DNA from: Candidatus Latescibacterota bacterium
GTDB lineage: Bacteria; Latescibacterota; UBA2968; GCA-2709665
Length of the DNA stretch: 64,000 nt
Direction: 5' to 3'
Assembly (NCBI GenBank): GCA_965222075.1
Contig: OZ244937.1
Location: 32,001-96,000, forward strand
Part shown: piece after piece, positions 47,179 through 58,306 of the stretch
Position numbering within the stretch: position 1 is the stretch's first letter
How the letters are laid out: every line of letters begins with the position of its first letter
The notes under the pieces: model-generated
Told to the model about the DNA's origin: nothing
The model's input: only the letters and a program-made list of their open reading frames with translations
Database searches by the model: none
Position numbers and translations under genes: made by a program

Positions 47179-48081
47179 ATGGCGAAGCATCTTATGGATA
47201 TGTTGAAAGATGGCGTTGTACTGGGTGACGGTGGCATGTACCTGGAGGCAAACTGGCGGGGCTACGACGTGCCCGAAATCATCGGGTCGCACCCGGAGGC
47301 ATTGCGGCAGATCCACCAGGATTTTTACAATGCCGGTTCGCAGGTGCTTCAGGCGCTGACCTGGTTTACGTCGGGTGCGCAGCTGGAGGCGAAGTACGGC
47401 TGGGGCGACCGGGTGGAAGAGATCAATCGAACGGGGATTCAGGCGGCGAAGGAGGCATCGGACGGGGAGGCGCCGGTGGGGGGGTGTCTGGTGTCTACGA
47501 GGACGGGGTCGCGGCTGGGGGATCCGGTTTTCGATCCGGACGATCCGTCGTCGCACGCCCGGGCGCAGGCGGAGTGGGAGGAGCAGATTGCGATCCTGGT
47601 GGATGCGGGCGCGGATTTTCTGATTCCCGAGACCTTCAGTCGACTGGATGAGGTGCGGGTGTGTCTGGAGAGCTGCAAGAAGGCGGACGTTCCGACGATG
47701 GTGCTGATGGGGATCGGGAGTGAGAAGACGACACAGGATGGGGCGACTGCTGCAGAGTGTGCCCGGGTGCTGGTTGACGAGGGCGCGGATGTTGTGGGCA
47801 CGGTCTGCATCGGGGATGCCGAGCAGATGCTGCCGACCGCGCTGGAGATGCGGGAGGCGGTGGATGTGCCGGTCGCCTGCCAGCCGAAAGGGTTCAGGCA
47901 GAGAGTGGATACCGAAGGGGTTGACTACGCCGTGTCGCGCTTTTCGGAGGGCGTCAGTGCGGAGGAGATGGCGGAGTTTGCGGTGAAGGCGAAGGCGGAA
48001 GGGATTAACTTCATCGGGTGCTGCTGCGGCACGGGTCCTTCGCACATCCGGGCGATGGCGGAGGCGCTGGGGCTCAAGTAG
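47179..48081 (+). CDS. HMT family protein (#6)
   Basis: LGDGGMY, LIPETF, GTVC, GCCCGTGP. Confidence 0.9.
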   Translation: MAKHLMDMLKDGVVLGDGGMYLEANWRGYDVPEIIGSHPEALRQIHQDFYNAGSQVLQALTWFTSGAQLEAKYGWGDRVEEINRTGIQAAKEASDGEAPVGGCLVSTRTGSRLGDPVFDPDDPSSHARAQAEWEEQIAILVDAGADFLIPETFSRLDEVRVCLESCKKADVPTMVLMGIGSEKTTQDGATAAECARVLVDEGADVVGTVCIGDAEQMLPTALEMREAVDVPVACQPKGFRQRVDTEGVDYAVSRFSEGVSAEEMAEFAVKAKAEGINFIGCCCGTGPSHIRAMAEALGLK

Positions 48082-48098
48082 GGACCAGCCAGGCAAAG

Positions 48099-48164
48099 AC
48101 CTGTCTGCCTGCTTGCCTGTCTGCCTGCTTGCCTGTCTGCCGTGCCGGGCACGGCACAGGCAGG
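48099..48164. repeat. CCTG(T/C)CTG-type short repeats with palindrome (REP-like)
   Basis: cctgtctgcctgcttg repeated twice, then cctgtctgccgtgccgggcacggcacaggcagg. A related run lies at 58324..58400. Confidence 0.6.
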
Positions 48165-51100
48165 TCTGCCCTGCGGACCTTTTGGGCGTTTTTTGGCGAT
48201 GGTGCTGGACGGAACCGCGCGGAAAAGCCCCTTCCCCCCGCCCCGAAGGCGCGGGAGGCGAAACGGGTGATCATGGGTGCCCCAGAGGGCGCATGACAAC
48301 TACTGAGGATAATCATGGAAACGTTCGCCCTGCTCGAAGCAGTATTATACCGCTTTCGGGACCTGTTGGGTAGTCAAAACTTCGCGCTATTTTGTGCCTT
48401 CTTTCTCCAAAGAGATAAGGTACCCACCCAAAAGGGTCAAATCCACGACGGCTAATGCACTGATTATTGAGTATGGACCCCAGCCTTTTGCCTCGCTGCA
48501 TTTCGCTTGACCTCGAAGTCGGCAAGCAGGACCACCGCATCCGCGCCTTCGCTGCGGTTCGTCTGGGTATCGATCAAGCCTTGATCTTCCGCGGTGGCGA
48601 CCTGGCGGCGGCGTTGGCGAAGCTCGACGACTTCGCTGCTGGCGCGGACTTCCTGCTCGGACACAACCTGATCGCTTTCGATCTGCCACATCTGAAAGCC
48701 GCGAAGCCCGATCTACGAATGCTGAAGCTGTCGGCGGTGGATACGTTGTGGCTCAACCCTCTCGCCTTTCCCCGCAATCCCTATCACCACCTCGTCAAGC
48801 ACTATCAGGACGGACAGCTCAAGCGCGGGCGATTAAACGACCCGGAACTCGATGCCCGGCTCGCGCTGGAAGTCTTCGACAGTCAGGAAACTGCGTTACG
48901 CGATGCGCCCCCTGGCTTGCTCGCCGCGTGGCATTGGCTGACCGGAACAGAACCCGACGGCGCGGGATTCGACGCCGTTTTCGCCTCCATACGGTACGCG
49001 CCCCGACCAACCGACGCGGCAGCGAACGCGGCGGTCCGCGAGCGACTTGCGGACATCGCCTGCCAGAATCGCGGTCAGGATGTTCTCAAGAATGCCGCCC
49101 AAAGCGGCTGGCCGCTGGTTTACGCGCTGGCCTGGCTGTCAGTTTCCGGCGGCAATTCCGTGATGCCGCCGTGGGTTCGACATCAGTTCCCAGAAGCCGG
49201 TAAGCTGGTTCGCCAACTAAGGGATATGCCCTGCGGCGCGTCGGACTGCGATTGGTGCGGGGAGAGACACGATCCGCGCAAGGAGCTTAAACGCTGGTTC
49301 GGCTTTGACGATTTTCGCCCGGAACCGGTGGACGAGGACGACCGGCCCATGCAGCAGTCCATCGTCGAGGTGGCAATGGCCGGGGAGCACATCCTGGGGA
49401 TTCTGCCCACCGGCACCGGCAAGTCGCTCTGCTACCAGATCCCGGCCCTGTCCCGCTACGACAAGACCGGCGCTCTCACGGTGGTGATTTCGCCCTTGGT
49501 CGCGCTCATGGCGGATCAGGTGGCGGGGCTGGAGGCTCATGGAATCGGCTCCTGCGTGGCCATCAACGGGTTGCTGTCCATGCCCGAGCGAGCCGATGCG
49601 CTGGACCGGGTTCGGCTCGGGGACGCGGGCATCCTCATCGTCTCACCTGAGCAGCTCCGCAATCGTTCCCTGCGCAGGGTACTGGATCAGCGCGAGATCG
49701 GCGCCTGGGTGCTGGACGAGGCCCACTGTCTCTCGAAGTGGGGGCACGCCTTTCGGCCGGATTATCGCTACATAGGACGTTTCATCCGCGAAAAGGCGGG
49801 ACAGAAGCCGATCCCGCCGGTGCTATGCCTGACCGCGACGGCCAAGCCCGACGTGGTGGCGGACATCAAGCAGCATTTCCAAGACGAGCTTGGCGTAAGA
49901 CTGAAGATCTTCGACGGCGGTGCCCATCGCACCAATCTGGAGTTCACAGTGGTGCCGACGACCGGGGGAGAGAAGTTCTCGCACATCCACCAGATTCTAA
50001 TGGCCGACTTGCCACCGGACATGCCCGGAGGCGCCATCGTCTATTGTGCTACGCGCCGACAGGCTGAAGAGGTGGCGGAGTTCCTGCAGGACAAGGAGGT
50101 CGCGGCAGGCTACTTCCACGCCGGGTTGCCGCCAGAGACCAAGAAGAATGTACAGCAGTGCTTCATCAGCGGCGAGTTGCGCGTGATCGTGGCCACCAAT
50201 GCCTTCGGCATGGGCATCGATAAGCCGGATGTGCGGCTGGTGATCCACGCCGACATCCCGGGATCGCTGGAGAACTACCTGCAGGAGGCGGGCCGCGCCG
50301 GACGAGACCGACAGATGGCGCGCTGCGTACTGCTCTATGCGACGGATGACGTGGAGAGACAGTTCTTTATGTCGGCGCGTTCGCGGCTCACCCGGCGAGA
50401 GATTCACGGCGTCCTGAGAGCGCTGCGCAACCTGGACCGGAAGAAGCGTCTGGGCGGCGAGGTCGTGGCCACTGCCGGCGAGATCCTCGGCGAGGACGAC
50501 GAAAAGGTATTCGAGAGGGACTCAACCACTGACGATACCCGTGTGCGAACCGCCATCTCCTGGCTTGAGGAGGCGGTACTGTTGACCCGGGATGAGAACC
50601 AGGTTCAGGTGTTCCCTTCGTCTCTTCGGGTGGATTCGGTGGAGGAAGCACGCAGTCGGTTGGCGAAGGCGGTTGTGACCGATGACTACCGGAGACGGCT
50701 GCTCAGAATTGCCGAGACACTGATCGATGCCGACCCCGATGAGGGCATCTCTACCGACGATCTAATGGGCGTATCCGGCCTGAGGGCCGAAGGCGTACGC
50801 GGTGCTCTGTACGACCTGGAGCGGCTGGGCATCGCCAGCAACGATACGGCGCTGACCGCCTTCGTCCACGCGGGAGTGGCGCGTAACTCGCTCAAGCGCT
50901 TTGATGAGGCGGCGGAGTTGGAGACCGCCCTCATCGCGCAGATGCGTGAGGCGGCACCGGATATGAGCAACGGAGATAGGTGGCCACTACATTTACGCGT
51001 CGCCGCACAAACCCTGCGAGATGCGGGGGTGGCCGATCCCCTGCCGGAACGGCTGTGGCGCATTCTCCGCAGCATCGCCGGCGACGGGCGCGGCGACGGG

Positions 51101-53718
51101 GGCGACGCCGGCAGCCTCGGGGTACGACGGCGGGATGCGGAGACGGTGCAGGTGACGTTGCGACGCGAGTGGTCGGATTTGGAGGAGCTCGCGTCGCGCC
51201 GGCGCGAGGGGTCGAAGCGCCTGCTGGATCACTTGCTCGCCTGTCTGCCGCCCGGGAGTCGGGGCACGGACCTGCTGGCTGAAACCACCCTCGGCAAGCT
51301 GTTGGAAGCGATTACGTCCGACCTGTTTCTGAAGAGCAGGAACCCCGAGAGGTTGCTGCATCACGCCCTGCTATGGCTGCACGATCAAGAAGTTATTCGT
51401 CTCAACAAGGGCCTGGCGGTATTCCGTCCGGCTATGACCATACGGCTGGAGGAGGAGAGTCGCGGCTTCGCCAATCCCGACTTTGCACCGCTCAATATTC
51501 ACTATAAAGAGCAGGTACTGCAGATCCATGTGATGGTGGAATTTGCGCAGCGGGGCTTCGACGACATGGCCGACGCCCTGCGTCTGGCCATTGACTACTT
51601 CAGCCTGAATCAGGAGGATTTCCTTCGCCGCTGGCTGCCAGATCGGGACAGGGAGATTGCGAGGGAGACCACGCCCGAATCGTGGCGAGCCATCGTCGAA
51701 AGCCTGAAGAATCCCATCCAGCAACGCATTGTCGCGGATGATCGGGAGCAGACAAACGTGCTGGTGCTCGCCGGCCCCGGCTCGGGTAAGACGCGAGTGC
51801 TGGTGCATCGTATCGCCTACCTGGTGCGCGCAAGGCGCGAGAATCCCCACGGCATTCTGGCGCTGGCCTACAATCGGCACGCGGCAGTCGAGATCCGGCG
51901 TCGTCTCGGCGATCTGATCGGCGACGACGCCCGCGGGGTAACCGTGCTCACCTGTCATGCGCTGGCCATGCGAATAGTCGGCGTCAGCTTCCAGGAGCGG
52001 GAGAGGCACCTGCTTGATGACGGTGCATTCCGGGAGGTGCTGCGCCAGGCAGTGGCGCTGTTGCGCGGCGAGGGGCTGGAGCCGGAGGAAGCGGACGATC
52101 AGCGGGAACGGCTCCTCGCGGGTTTCCGCTGGATCCTGGTGGACGAATACCAGGACATCGGTGCGGATCAATACGAGTTGATATCGGCCCTGGCCGGACG
52201 GACCCTGAAAGACGAGGATCGCAAGCTCACCCTGTTCGCAGTAGGTGACGACGATCAGAATATCTACGCCTTCAACGGTGCTTCGGTGGAGTTCATCCGT
52301 CGTTTCGAGGCGGATTACGGGCCGAAGCCCACCTACCTGACCGACAACTACCGTTCCACCGGCCACATCATCGCAGCGGCCAACGCGCTGATCAACCCGG
52401 CGCGACAAAGGATGAAGACCGGACATCCCATCCGCATTGACCGGGCGCGTGCGAAGAATCCGCCCGGCGGTGACTGGGATGCGCTGGATCCGCTCACTCA
52501 CGGTCGAGTCCAGATTCTGTCCACCCGGCGTGATCCGATCTCACAAACGCAGGCTGCGATGACGGAGTTGCAGCGCCTCGCCACCCTCTCGCCGGACTGG
52601 GACTGGTCCAAATGCGCAGTGATCGCACGCGAATGGAAGTATCTGGATCCGGTGCGCGCATTCTGCGAAGTCCACCGTATCCCGGTGCAGATGGGGAACG
52701 AAGAAATTCCGAGCTTCTGGCACCTGCGAGAGACCCGGGCATTTTTTGAATGGCTGCGCGGACGGGAGACTCGGATCGTGGGCAGTGCTGATCTGAGGGG
52801 CTGGCTGGATGCGCAAACGCCTGGCCCGTGGAACGACCTGCTGCGGCAAGCCCTGGACGAGTATGCACTGGAAGCCGGCGGCGCGGAAGTGCCGGTGGAC
52901 CACTTCGTCGAGTGGCTGGCCGAGTGGGGGAGAGACGTACGCCGCCGCCAGCGCGGGCTCTTGCTGTTGACTGCGCACCGCGCCAAGGGATTGGAATTCG
53001 CGAGGATCCGGACGCGCCGCGCAGGCTCTACTACGTGGCCATGACGCGTGCCCGGCAGACCCTTGCGCTCGTGCGTTTTCAGGGATCGAGCCCCGCAGCA
53101 GGTACCACGCGGCCTGATTTTGTGAAGGAGCCTGAACCCCCGGCGTACCTGGGGGGCTTGCACTCGCTGCCGTATGCACTTCCGAACAACGGCTCGGTTT
53201 TGTACCGCACATCCAGCGGCTTGCAGCCGGAAACCCTGGAACTCGAACTCGCACGTCAATATCGGCGACCCAGTCTGCGTGAGGTCAATCTGGGCTTCGC
53301 GGGGCGTCGCCACGTCAATCATCCGGTGCATCGTGCGATTGCTGCCCTGTCGCCCGGCGATCAGTTAGAAACGCGGATTGCCAAAACTGGATCCTGGGAA
53401 TTGCTGGACCGGTCAGGGACGGTGGTAGGGCGTCTTGCCCAGGCGTTTGAACCCCCACCGGGAACGCGATGCAGATCCGCCACGGTCTTCGCCGTCGTGG
53501 CCTGGAGCCGCGAAGCATCGGAGCCGCAGTACCGCGACCACACGAAATGCGATGCCTGGGAGGTTGTGGTGCCGGAGCTGGTGTTCGAGCCGGACCGCGA
53601 ATAATCCGTCGGCGACCACTTTCGCCTCCTGCGCCTTCGGGGCGGGGGGAAGGGGCTTTTCCGCGCAGATCCCCCCAGCACCACCGCCCAAAAACGCCCA
53701 AAAGGTCCGCAGGGCAGA
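48165..53718. mobile_element. 5.55-kb element bounded by 99-bp inverted repeats, carrying a helicase gene
   Basis: 48165..48263 and 53620..53718 are reverse complements with about 7 mismatches by manual alignment. No intact transposase and no target-site duplication seen. Confidence 0.6.
48473..53604 (+). pseudogene. DEDD-exonuclease-like/RecQ/UvrD fusion helicase with frameshifting deletion near 53000
   Basis: N-terminal DLEV...GHNL..FD. RecQ motifs PTGTGKSLCYQ, DEAH, ATNAFGMGIDK, QEAGRAGRD. UvrD motifs AGPGSGKT, DEYQD, VGDDDQ, NYRS, TAHRAKGLEF. Motif VI RRLYYVAMTRAR continues in another frame to 53604. Confidence 0.85.
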
Positions 53719-53774
53719 AGCTTCCGCTTCCACCCCAGGGGCTATTCGCGGAAAAGTAGCCCCCCTTCTTTTTC

Positions 53775-54202
53775 GGCCTTTTTCTTGGGCGGGCCAGCAA
53801 TTTCCGGTTAGGATTTTGCTGGAGTCAAAAAGCTGTTAAAATCCTCATAAGATATTTATAAATAAAATGTTAAGCATAATAACTTGCTTCGACACGACCG
53901 ATATCTACCTTGGATAACCCTGCCAAACGGCGCTCTCGGAACCCATCGCCTTCGGGATGGCGTCCAGATTGCTCGACTCGACTGCTCTTTGATCAAAAAG
54001 ACTGCGCCGAAAGGCCCAAATCGTCCAAAAGGCCGTTGGAAAGGCCTCGTTTGTATCCGATTTTTCGCTCGGAATCCTTAAGCAGGATGGTATGGCAAGA
54101 AAGGCTTCTGAGTTAAATCTTTGTTTCTAATTGTCTTATTAAACGTTCCTCTAACAAGCAATTTTCTAACCGGAAACTACTGGGGCGGGCAAGAAAAAGG
54201 CC
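53775..54202. mobile_element. 428-bp MITE-like element with 46-bp imperfect terminal inverted repeats
   Basis: 53775..53820 vs 54157..54202 match at about 37/46. The interior appears non-coding and has two TAA-N19-TTA motifs. Confidence 0.45.
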
Positions 54203-54464
54203 AAGAACAAAAGAACAGTTGGACCCGGGTATCTACCGAAAGGTTATTTTCCAAGTTGCTTCTCAATGCTTCTGACGCGGGTGGATGGCTCTCGCAGACC
54301 CTCGACAGGAGCCGGAAGGCGGAGAAACTGATTCGGGAACACAAGGGCCGCACCCACCCAGCCTGCCCCGCACCATTTTCCCTTGCTTAAATCGTCGAGT
54401 AAGGATATTTTTACTGCAGAAGGGGCCGCCGCAGTGCCAAGAACCGGCACGACGTGGCCTGGTG

Positions 54465-54669
54465 GAAGGGGCGGCCTACGAGCACTACGGTCCGCTGCAG
54501 AGCGGTCAAGGACTGCGTTATGTCGGTGACATCCTCCAGTTCGTCCATCAAGCGCTGGCCGGCGCCTGAGGCTGTCCTGGAAGCGCTTCGCGCGTGGTCC
54601 GCTGTCCAGGCTGAGAGGCACGGGGACCTGGTGGGGCCACCGGAAGGCCCGGGTTGCCCGGGGGTCTGA
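54465..54669 (+). pseudogene. HEPN / minimal nucleotidyltransferase (MNT) toxin-antitoxin remnant
   Basis: GAAYEHYGPLQSGQGLRYVGDILQFVHQALAGA* (HEPN C-terminus, stop 54569) overlaps MSVTSSSSSIKRWPAPEAVLEALRAW (MNT N-terminus, ATG 54520). The MNT part ends before the GS..DxD motif. Confidence 0.6.
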
Positions 54670-54769
54670 TCCTGCGTGGATTGTTCTAAAGGAGTCCGGG
54701 TGGTGTTCCACAGAGGATGGCAGCCTTATCTGGCTGCCATCTCTTTATCGGTTGTGATAGGAGGTTGAG

Positions 54770-55975
54770 ATGGCCACACCAGGGCAGGTGCGGATCGGTA
54801 TTGTGGGGTTGGGACCGCGCGGCAGGCGGGCGTGGATGAAAAATCTGCTGCGAATCAAGACGTGCAGGGTGACGGCCCTCTGTGATAAGGTCGAGGCCCT
54901 TGTGCAGCAGGCTTATGAGGAGGCGGGAGATCCGGATATTACGTGCTATACCGATTATGAGAAGATGCTGAAGGAGGCGAAGATCGACGCGGTGGCGATT
55001 GTGGCAGCGCCGCACGATCAGCCGGATCTGATCTGCCGGGCGATGGAGACGGGCAAGCATGCGGCCTGCGAGGTGTCGCTGACGTACGATATGGACGATT
55101 TGTGGCGGGTGGTGGTTGCGGTGGAGCGGAGCGGGCTGAAGTTTCAGATGGCGGAACAGGTGATGTACCATGCGTTTGTGAATGCATGGCGGAAGATGGT
55201 TCTGGAGGGGAAACTCGGTCATATCATTTTTGCCGAGGGGCAGTATCTTCACGGGATGACGTCGGACCGCTTCTGGGTGGATTCCGAGACCGGGGAGCGG
55301 ATCACTCTGGAGGAAGCTAAGGGTCATCCGAGGGCGGTAAAGAGCAGGATGTGGAACTGGTATCCACATCCGATCCTTTATATGGCCACCGATCTGGGGC
55401 CGATTTTGACGGTTCTGGAGGACCGGGTGGAGCGGGTGACATGCATGGCCACGCGTCCGGAAAGTTACTATTATGAGGGGATTCCGGCGTCCGATATCGA
55501 GGTGGCGTTGATGCACACGGAGAAGGATACGATTATCCGGATGGCAAGCGGGTTTACGTATGCGACCACCCCCCGTAACCACCACTGGTGGCACCTGGAG
55601 GGGACGAAGGGGAAGGTGGAGACCGCTCGTTCCGCGGAGATCTACGGTGGGGCTTCGGGGGTGGACACTCCGAAGATGTGGCTGGAGAGTTCCGGAAAGG
55701 AAGGCATGCAGTCGGTGGAGTGGCAGTATTCGCTCGATGAGCTTCCGGCGGCGGCGGTGGGGAGCGGGCATGGGAATATGGACTATTTTGCGCTGTCTTC
55801 TTTTTTGGATGCGATTCTGAACGATTCGGAGCCGCCGCTGGACGTGTACAAGTCTGCGGACTTGACGGCCCCGGCGATTGTGGCCGTGCAGTCGGTGGAG
55901 CAGGGGAGCGCGTGCCTGGAGGTGCCGGATTTCAGGCCTTCTGAGAAGCGGAGGGCGGGGGAGCTTCCGGAATAA
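54770..55975 (+). CDS. Gfo/Idh/MocA family protein, GH109-like
   Basis: GIVGLGPRG, GKHAACEV, AEGQYLH, GSGHGNMDY, VPDF. Confidence 0.88.
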   Translation: MATPGQVRIGIVGLGPRGRRAWMKNLLRIKTCRVTALCDKVEALVQQAYEEAGDPDITCYTDYEKMLKEAKIDAVAIVAAPHDQPDLICRAMETGKHAACEVSLTYDMDDLWRVVVAVERSGLKFQMAEQVMYHAFVNAWRKMVLEGKLGHIIFAEGQYLHGMTSDRFWVDSETGERITLEEAKGHPRAVKSRMWNWYPHPILYMATDLGPILTVLEDRVERVTCMATRPESYYYEGIPASDIEVALMHTEKDTIIRMASGFTYATTPRNHHWWHLEGTKGKVETARSAEIYGGASGVDTPKMWLESSGKEGMQSVEWQYSLDELPAAAVGSGHGNMDYFALSSFLDAILNDSEPPLDVYKSADLTAPAIVAVQSVEQGSACLEVPDFRPSEKRRAGELPE

Positions 55976-56006
55976 AGGGCTGTTCCGACAAATGGGAGGT
56001 GACACG

Positions 56007-56942
56007 ATGGCATCTGGATTTCTGGAACGTCTGAACGAGGGGCCGCTGCTCGGCGACGGGGGTTACTACCTGGAGCTGGAGCGGCGGTGTCTGGGGAGTT
56101 TCGACAAGGGCGTGCCCTGGGCTGTGCTGGATCATCCGGAGGGTGTGCTGGAGCTGCACAGAGAGTTCGCGCGGGCAGGCGCAGAGGTGCTGCAGGCAAT
56201 GGCGTGGGGCGTGGGGAAGCTGGACCGGGACGAGGAGCTGCACCGCACGGCGGTTGAGCTTGCCCGGGAGGCGGCCGGGCCGAACCGGTTCGTGGCGGGC
56301 ACCCTCAGCCCGGCGGGGATCGGGCAGTACCAAAGGCGGTCGCCCATTACCGAAAAGGAGAGGCGCGAGGCGCAGGCGTTTTTCGAGCGACGGGTGGGAC
56401 AGCAGGTTGCCGCCGGGGTGGACCTGTTTATCGTGGAGACGTTTTACTCTGTAGAGGAAGCATCGCTGGGGTTGCCGTATATCAAAGATGCCGGCTTACC
56501 TGCTGTGGTGACACTGGAGTACAAGTCGGGAGAATATACGTCCGACCGGTACCTGCCGGATGAGGCTGCAAAGCGGCTGGTGGATTTTGGGGCCGATGTG
56601 GTAGGGATAAACTGCGGCCGGCCCTGGTACATGTACCGCGATATTATACACAAGATGATGGCGGCGGTGTCGGCGCCGATCTGCGCCCAGCCCTTGGCTT
56701 ATGTCCTGGAGAATGGGGCGGAGTATACACGGGAAATCGCCTCAGGCTCAAGCGTGCATTTCGAACTCCGGCACCAGCCCCGGCGAGAGATGGCCGATTA
56801 TGCGAGGGACGCGTGGGATATGGGGGTCAAGTTCATCGGGGCCTGCTGCGGAGCGTTGCCCTACCACATCCGGGCGATGGCCGAGGCGATCGGGAAGCCG
56901 ACGGAGATCCCGGACCGGGCCGGGCCTTATCAGCTTCAGTGA
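56007..56942 (+). CDS. HMT family protein (#7)
   Basis: RBS ggagg, LGDGGYYLELERR, IVETF, GINC, GACCGALPYHIRAMAEA. Confidence 0.9.
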   Translation: MASGFLERLNEGPLLGDGGYYLELERRCLGSFDKGVPWAVLDHPEGVLELHREFARAGAEVLQAMAWGVGKLDRDEELHRTAVELAREAAGPNRFVAGTLSPAGIGQYQRRSPITEKERREAQAFFERRVGQQVAAGVDLFIVETFYSVEEASLGLPYIKDAGLPAVVTLEYKSGEYTSDRYLPDEAAKRLVDFGADVVGINCGRPWYMYRDIIHKMMAAVSAPICAQPLAYVLENGAEYTREIASGSSVHFELRHQPRREMADYARDAWDMGVKFIGACCGALPYHIRAMAEAIGKPTEIPDRAGPYQLQ

Positions 56943-56943
56943 A

Positions 56944-56981
56944 GACCCCTCCCCTAAAGGGAAGGGGGCCGGGGGGTCAGG
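56944..56981. repeat. REP-like palindrome, collapsed version of 45900..46017
   Basis: gacccctcccctaaagggaagggggccggggggtcagg, followed by the same ttcaggagg as the 45900 element. Confidence 0.55.
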
Positions 56982-56996
56982 TTCAGGAGGTGCTGT

Positions 56997-57413
56997 ATGG
57001 GCCAAGAATGTCCCGGTGAGTTCAGGGTGGTCGGGTATGAGGTCCAGAACTTTGTCGGGGATTTTAGTGCTGCGATTACGGCGATCCGCAGGCTCCGAGA
57101 ATCGCGCGGCTCAGGGAGGAGTACGGGCTTGAGGAGGTGGTGGCGGGGTGCGGGACGGAGTTTGAGGGGTTGGGACCCGAGCGGGTCGAGGCTGGCCGTG
57201 ACCCTGTCACACTGTATGCCGTTTTTCGACCATTATGAGATTCGCATCGATGAGGGAGCGTGGGAACGGTGCGAGGAGAGTTTCGAGTGGCCGATGCAGG
57301 AGGGGGTGCATTCGCTGGCGTGCCGGGGAGTGAATACGATGAACCGTCCGGGTATTTCAAGCCGGATTGAGGTGGCGTACGCCCGTCCGCCGTCGGGGAC
57401 CGGGTATTATTGA
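56997..57413 (+). pseudogene. Short ORF, probably an internally deleted gene retaining an Ig-like C-terminal domain
   Basis: RBS and start present. Protein-like C-terminal half (PFFDHYEIRIDEGAW...FEWP..EGVHSLACRGVN) joined to a low-complexity middle. Confidence 0.4.
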
Positions 57414-57436
57414 TAAGTTAAAAGGAGGATCGAAAG

Positions 57437-58306
57437 ATGGCGAAGGATTTGATGGAGATGCTGGGGGAGGGCATTGTGCTGGGGGACGGCGGAATGTACC
57501 TGGAGGCACTCTGGCGCGGGTACGGCGTGCCCGAGATCATCGGGTCGCACCCGGAGGCATTGCGGCAGATCCACCAGGACTTTTACAATGCCGGTTCGCA
57601 GGTGCTTCAGGCGCTGACCTGGTTTACGTCGGGTGCGCAGCTGGAGGCGAAGTACGGCTGGGGCGATCGGGTGGAAGAGATCAATCGAACGGGGATTCGG
57701 GCGGCGAAGGAGGCGTCCAACGGGGAGGCGCCGGTGGGGGGGTGTCTGGTGTCTACGAGGACGGGGTCGCGGCTGGGGGATCCGGTTTTCGATCCGGACG
57801 ATCCGTCGTCGCACGCCCGGGCGCAGGCAGAGTGGGAGGATCAGATTGCGATCCTGGTGGATGCGGGCGCGGATTTTCTGATTCCCGAGACGTTTGCCCG
57901 GTTGGACGAGGTGCGGTTGTGTCTGGAGAGCTGTAAGAAGACCGACGTGCCGACGATGGTGCTGCTGGGAATGGGGAGCCGGAACGAGACTCAGGACGGA
58001 GTTAAGGCAGCGGAGTGCGCACGGATCCTGGCCGGAGACGGGGCGGATATCGTGGGCACGGTCTGCATCGGGGGTCCCGAGCAGATGCTGCCGACCGCGC
58101 TGGAGATGCGGGAGGCGGTGGATGTGCCGATCGCCTGCCAGCCGAAGGGGTTCAAGCAGAATCAGAAATACAATGTCGTTCCGCCGGAAGAGATGGGGGA
58201 GTTTGCGGTGAAGGCGAAGGCGGAAGGGATTAATTACATCGGCTGCTGCTGCGGCACGGGTCCTTTGCACATTCGGGCGATGGCGGAGGCGCTGGGGCTC
58301 AAGTAG
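57437..58306 (+). CDS. HMT family protein (#8)
   Basis: Largely identical to #6, including the 3' flank. GTVC and GCCCGTGP. Confidence 0.9.
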   Translation: MAKDLMEMLGEGIVLGDGGMYLEALWRGYGVPEIIGSHPEALRQIHQDFYNAGSQVLQALTWFTSGAQLEAKYGWGDRVEEINRTGIRAAKEASNGEAPVGGCLVSTRTGSRLGDPVFDPDDPSSHARAQAEWEDQIAILVDAGADFLIPETFARLDEVRLCLESCKKTDVPTMVLLGMGSRNETQDGVKAAECARILAGDGADIVGTVCIGGPEQMLPTALEMREAVDVPIACQPKGFKQNQKYNVVPPEEMGEFAVKAKAEGINYIGCCCGTGPLHIRAMAEALGLK

